NCBI GenBank assembly: GCA_010093815.1
Contig: ML996566.1
Origin: Pseudovirgaria hyperparasitica
Taxonomy: Eukaryota
Length of the DNA: 64,000 nt
Reading direction: 5' to 3' (one strand)
The position numbers and the translations under genes are program-made. This document shows positions 63,047 to 64,000 of the stretch, piece by piece. Numbering within the stretch: the stretch's first letter is position 1; the number at the start of each line of letters is the position of its first letter. Under the pieces are notes generated by a model. It was given only the letters and a program-made list of their open reading frames with translations. It searched no databases and had not been told where the DNA came from.

Positions 63047-63718
63047 ATGGCTGAGCCAAAAGCAATCTCGATCGCGGTCAGCGGCCCCCACAACGAGATC
63101 GTCACCTGGAACAACATCCCTTTCCAGAAGATCCTCCAGAGATTCTGCGCCGAGCAAAACAAGACCTTCTCCGAACTGAGCTTCGAACTCGACGGCAAAA
63201 CAATCCATGGCCACGAGACACCTGCAGACGTAAGTTTAACCTCCATGACACTGATCCCGCGAGGAGACTTTTGGTGACCAATATATTATCTGAGTAGTTC
63301 GGCATGGAAGACTATGACACCATAAAAGTGCTTCCACACCTCGACATGGAAATCGAAACGTGCGAACAAGCCAAGCCCGAACCACTCGATGGTATCGCAG
63401 ACGACGCCCAGCCCGAACCGGTCAAGAAACCATCTCCGTATGCAAAGCTATATGTTGTAACCGACACGCTTGAGGCCCAGGAGACTGTACTTGAGATGCG
63501 TCTTACAGACAGTGCGAGACTGCTTTACGACGAGATGTATGCTGCCGAAGGGTATGAACCTACGCAATGGATCTATTACCTGGGAAATCAAATGCTGGAT
63601 GGGAGCCGCACGCTGGCCAGCGTAAGTATCCACCATTCAGATATGGAAAAGGGTCCTGCTGACATGGTCTTAGTATGGAGTTACCAATGGCTCTACTATT
63701 ATGGCTGAGCCCCAATAG
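63047..63718 (+). CDS. Tandem two-domain SUMO/ubiquitin-like protein lacking a C-terminal GG
   Basis: Introns 63230-63297 and 63622-63673 (both phase 0). Domain 1: FQKILQRFC..FELDGKTI..HETPAD|FGMEDYDTIKV. Domain 2: YYLGNQMLDGSRTLAS|YGVTNGSTI. Stop at 63716-63718. Confidence 0.75.
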
Positions 63719-64000
63719 ATAGATGATGGATTGGAACGACCGGGTGTGGTCGTGGCATGGGCCTGTTTCTCATCATCATTGCTGTAGACAGTACTTATCT
63801 TTGAATTAGACATTTGGTCAAAGCTGCCATCTCTTGATTGATTCACTTTGTACTGTCCCGCCCAGTGCTTCACTTGCGCAAGTTCACCACACACCCCCTC
63901 TCTTACCAGACCACTTCAAATCTCGCAAGTCGTTCGTCCAAACCTTCCATCTCTCCCTCTCCCTTCCCACTCCACAAAAACGCCTCGACCCACGACGACT

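Overview
Eukaryotic DNA from a filamentous ascomycete: mostly short (~50 bp) GT-AG introns with CTRAC/CTAAY branch sites, RIP-like TpA-rich relics and a dispersed 5S rRNA gene. The main element is a mycosporine (UV sunscreen) biosynthetic cluster at ~5.0-16.6 kb. It has the three core genes (desmethyl-4-deoxygadusol synthase, O-methyltransferase, ATP-grasp ligase), flanked by an A-T-R NRPS-like carboxylic-acid reductase and a UNC-93-like MFS transporter. A ~0.5 kb inverted-repeat (MITE-like) element sits in the ATP-grasp/transporter intergenic region. Next come accessory genes (unknown membrane protein, F-box-like protein, secreted M14 deacylase, DJ-1/PfpI plus Zn2Cys6 TF pair), then BCD1 and a WD40 protein. 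A ~17 kb gene-poor region contains a RIP-flanked kinase and ends at an Nrg1/CSP-1-like C2H2 TF, followed by 5S rRNA, GPN1/NPA3 and CWF19. At the right end are two small genes carrying three divergent SUMO/ubiquitin-like domains that share one intron position. All calls come from motif recognition and manual splicing; no database searches were run.
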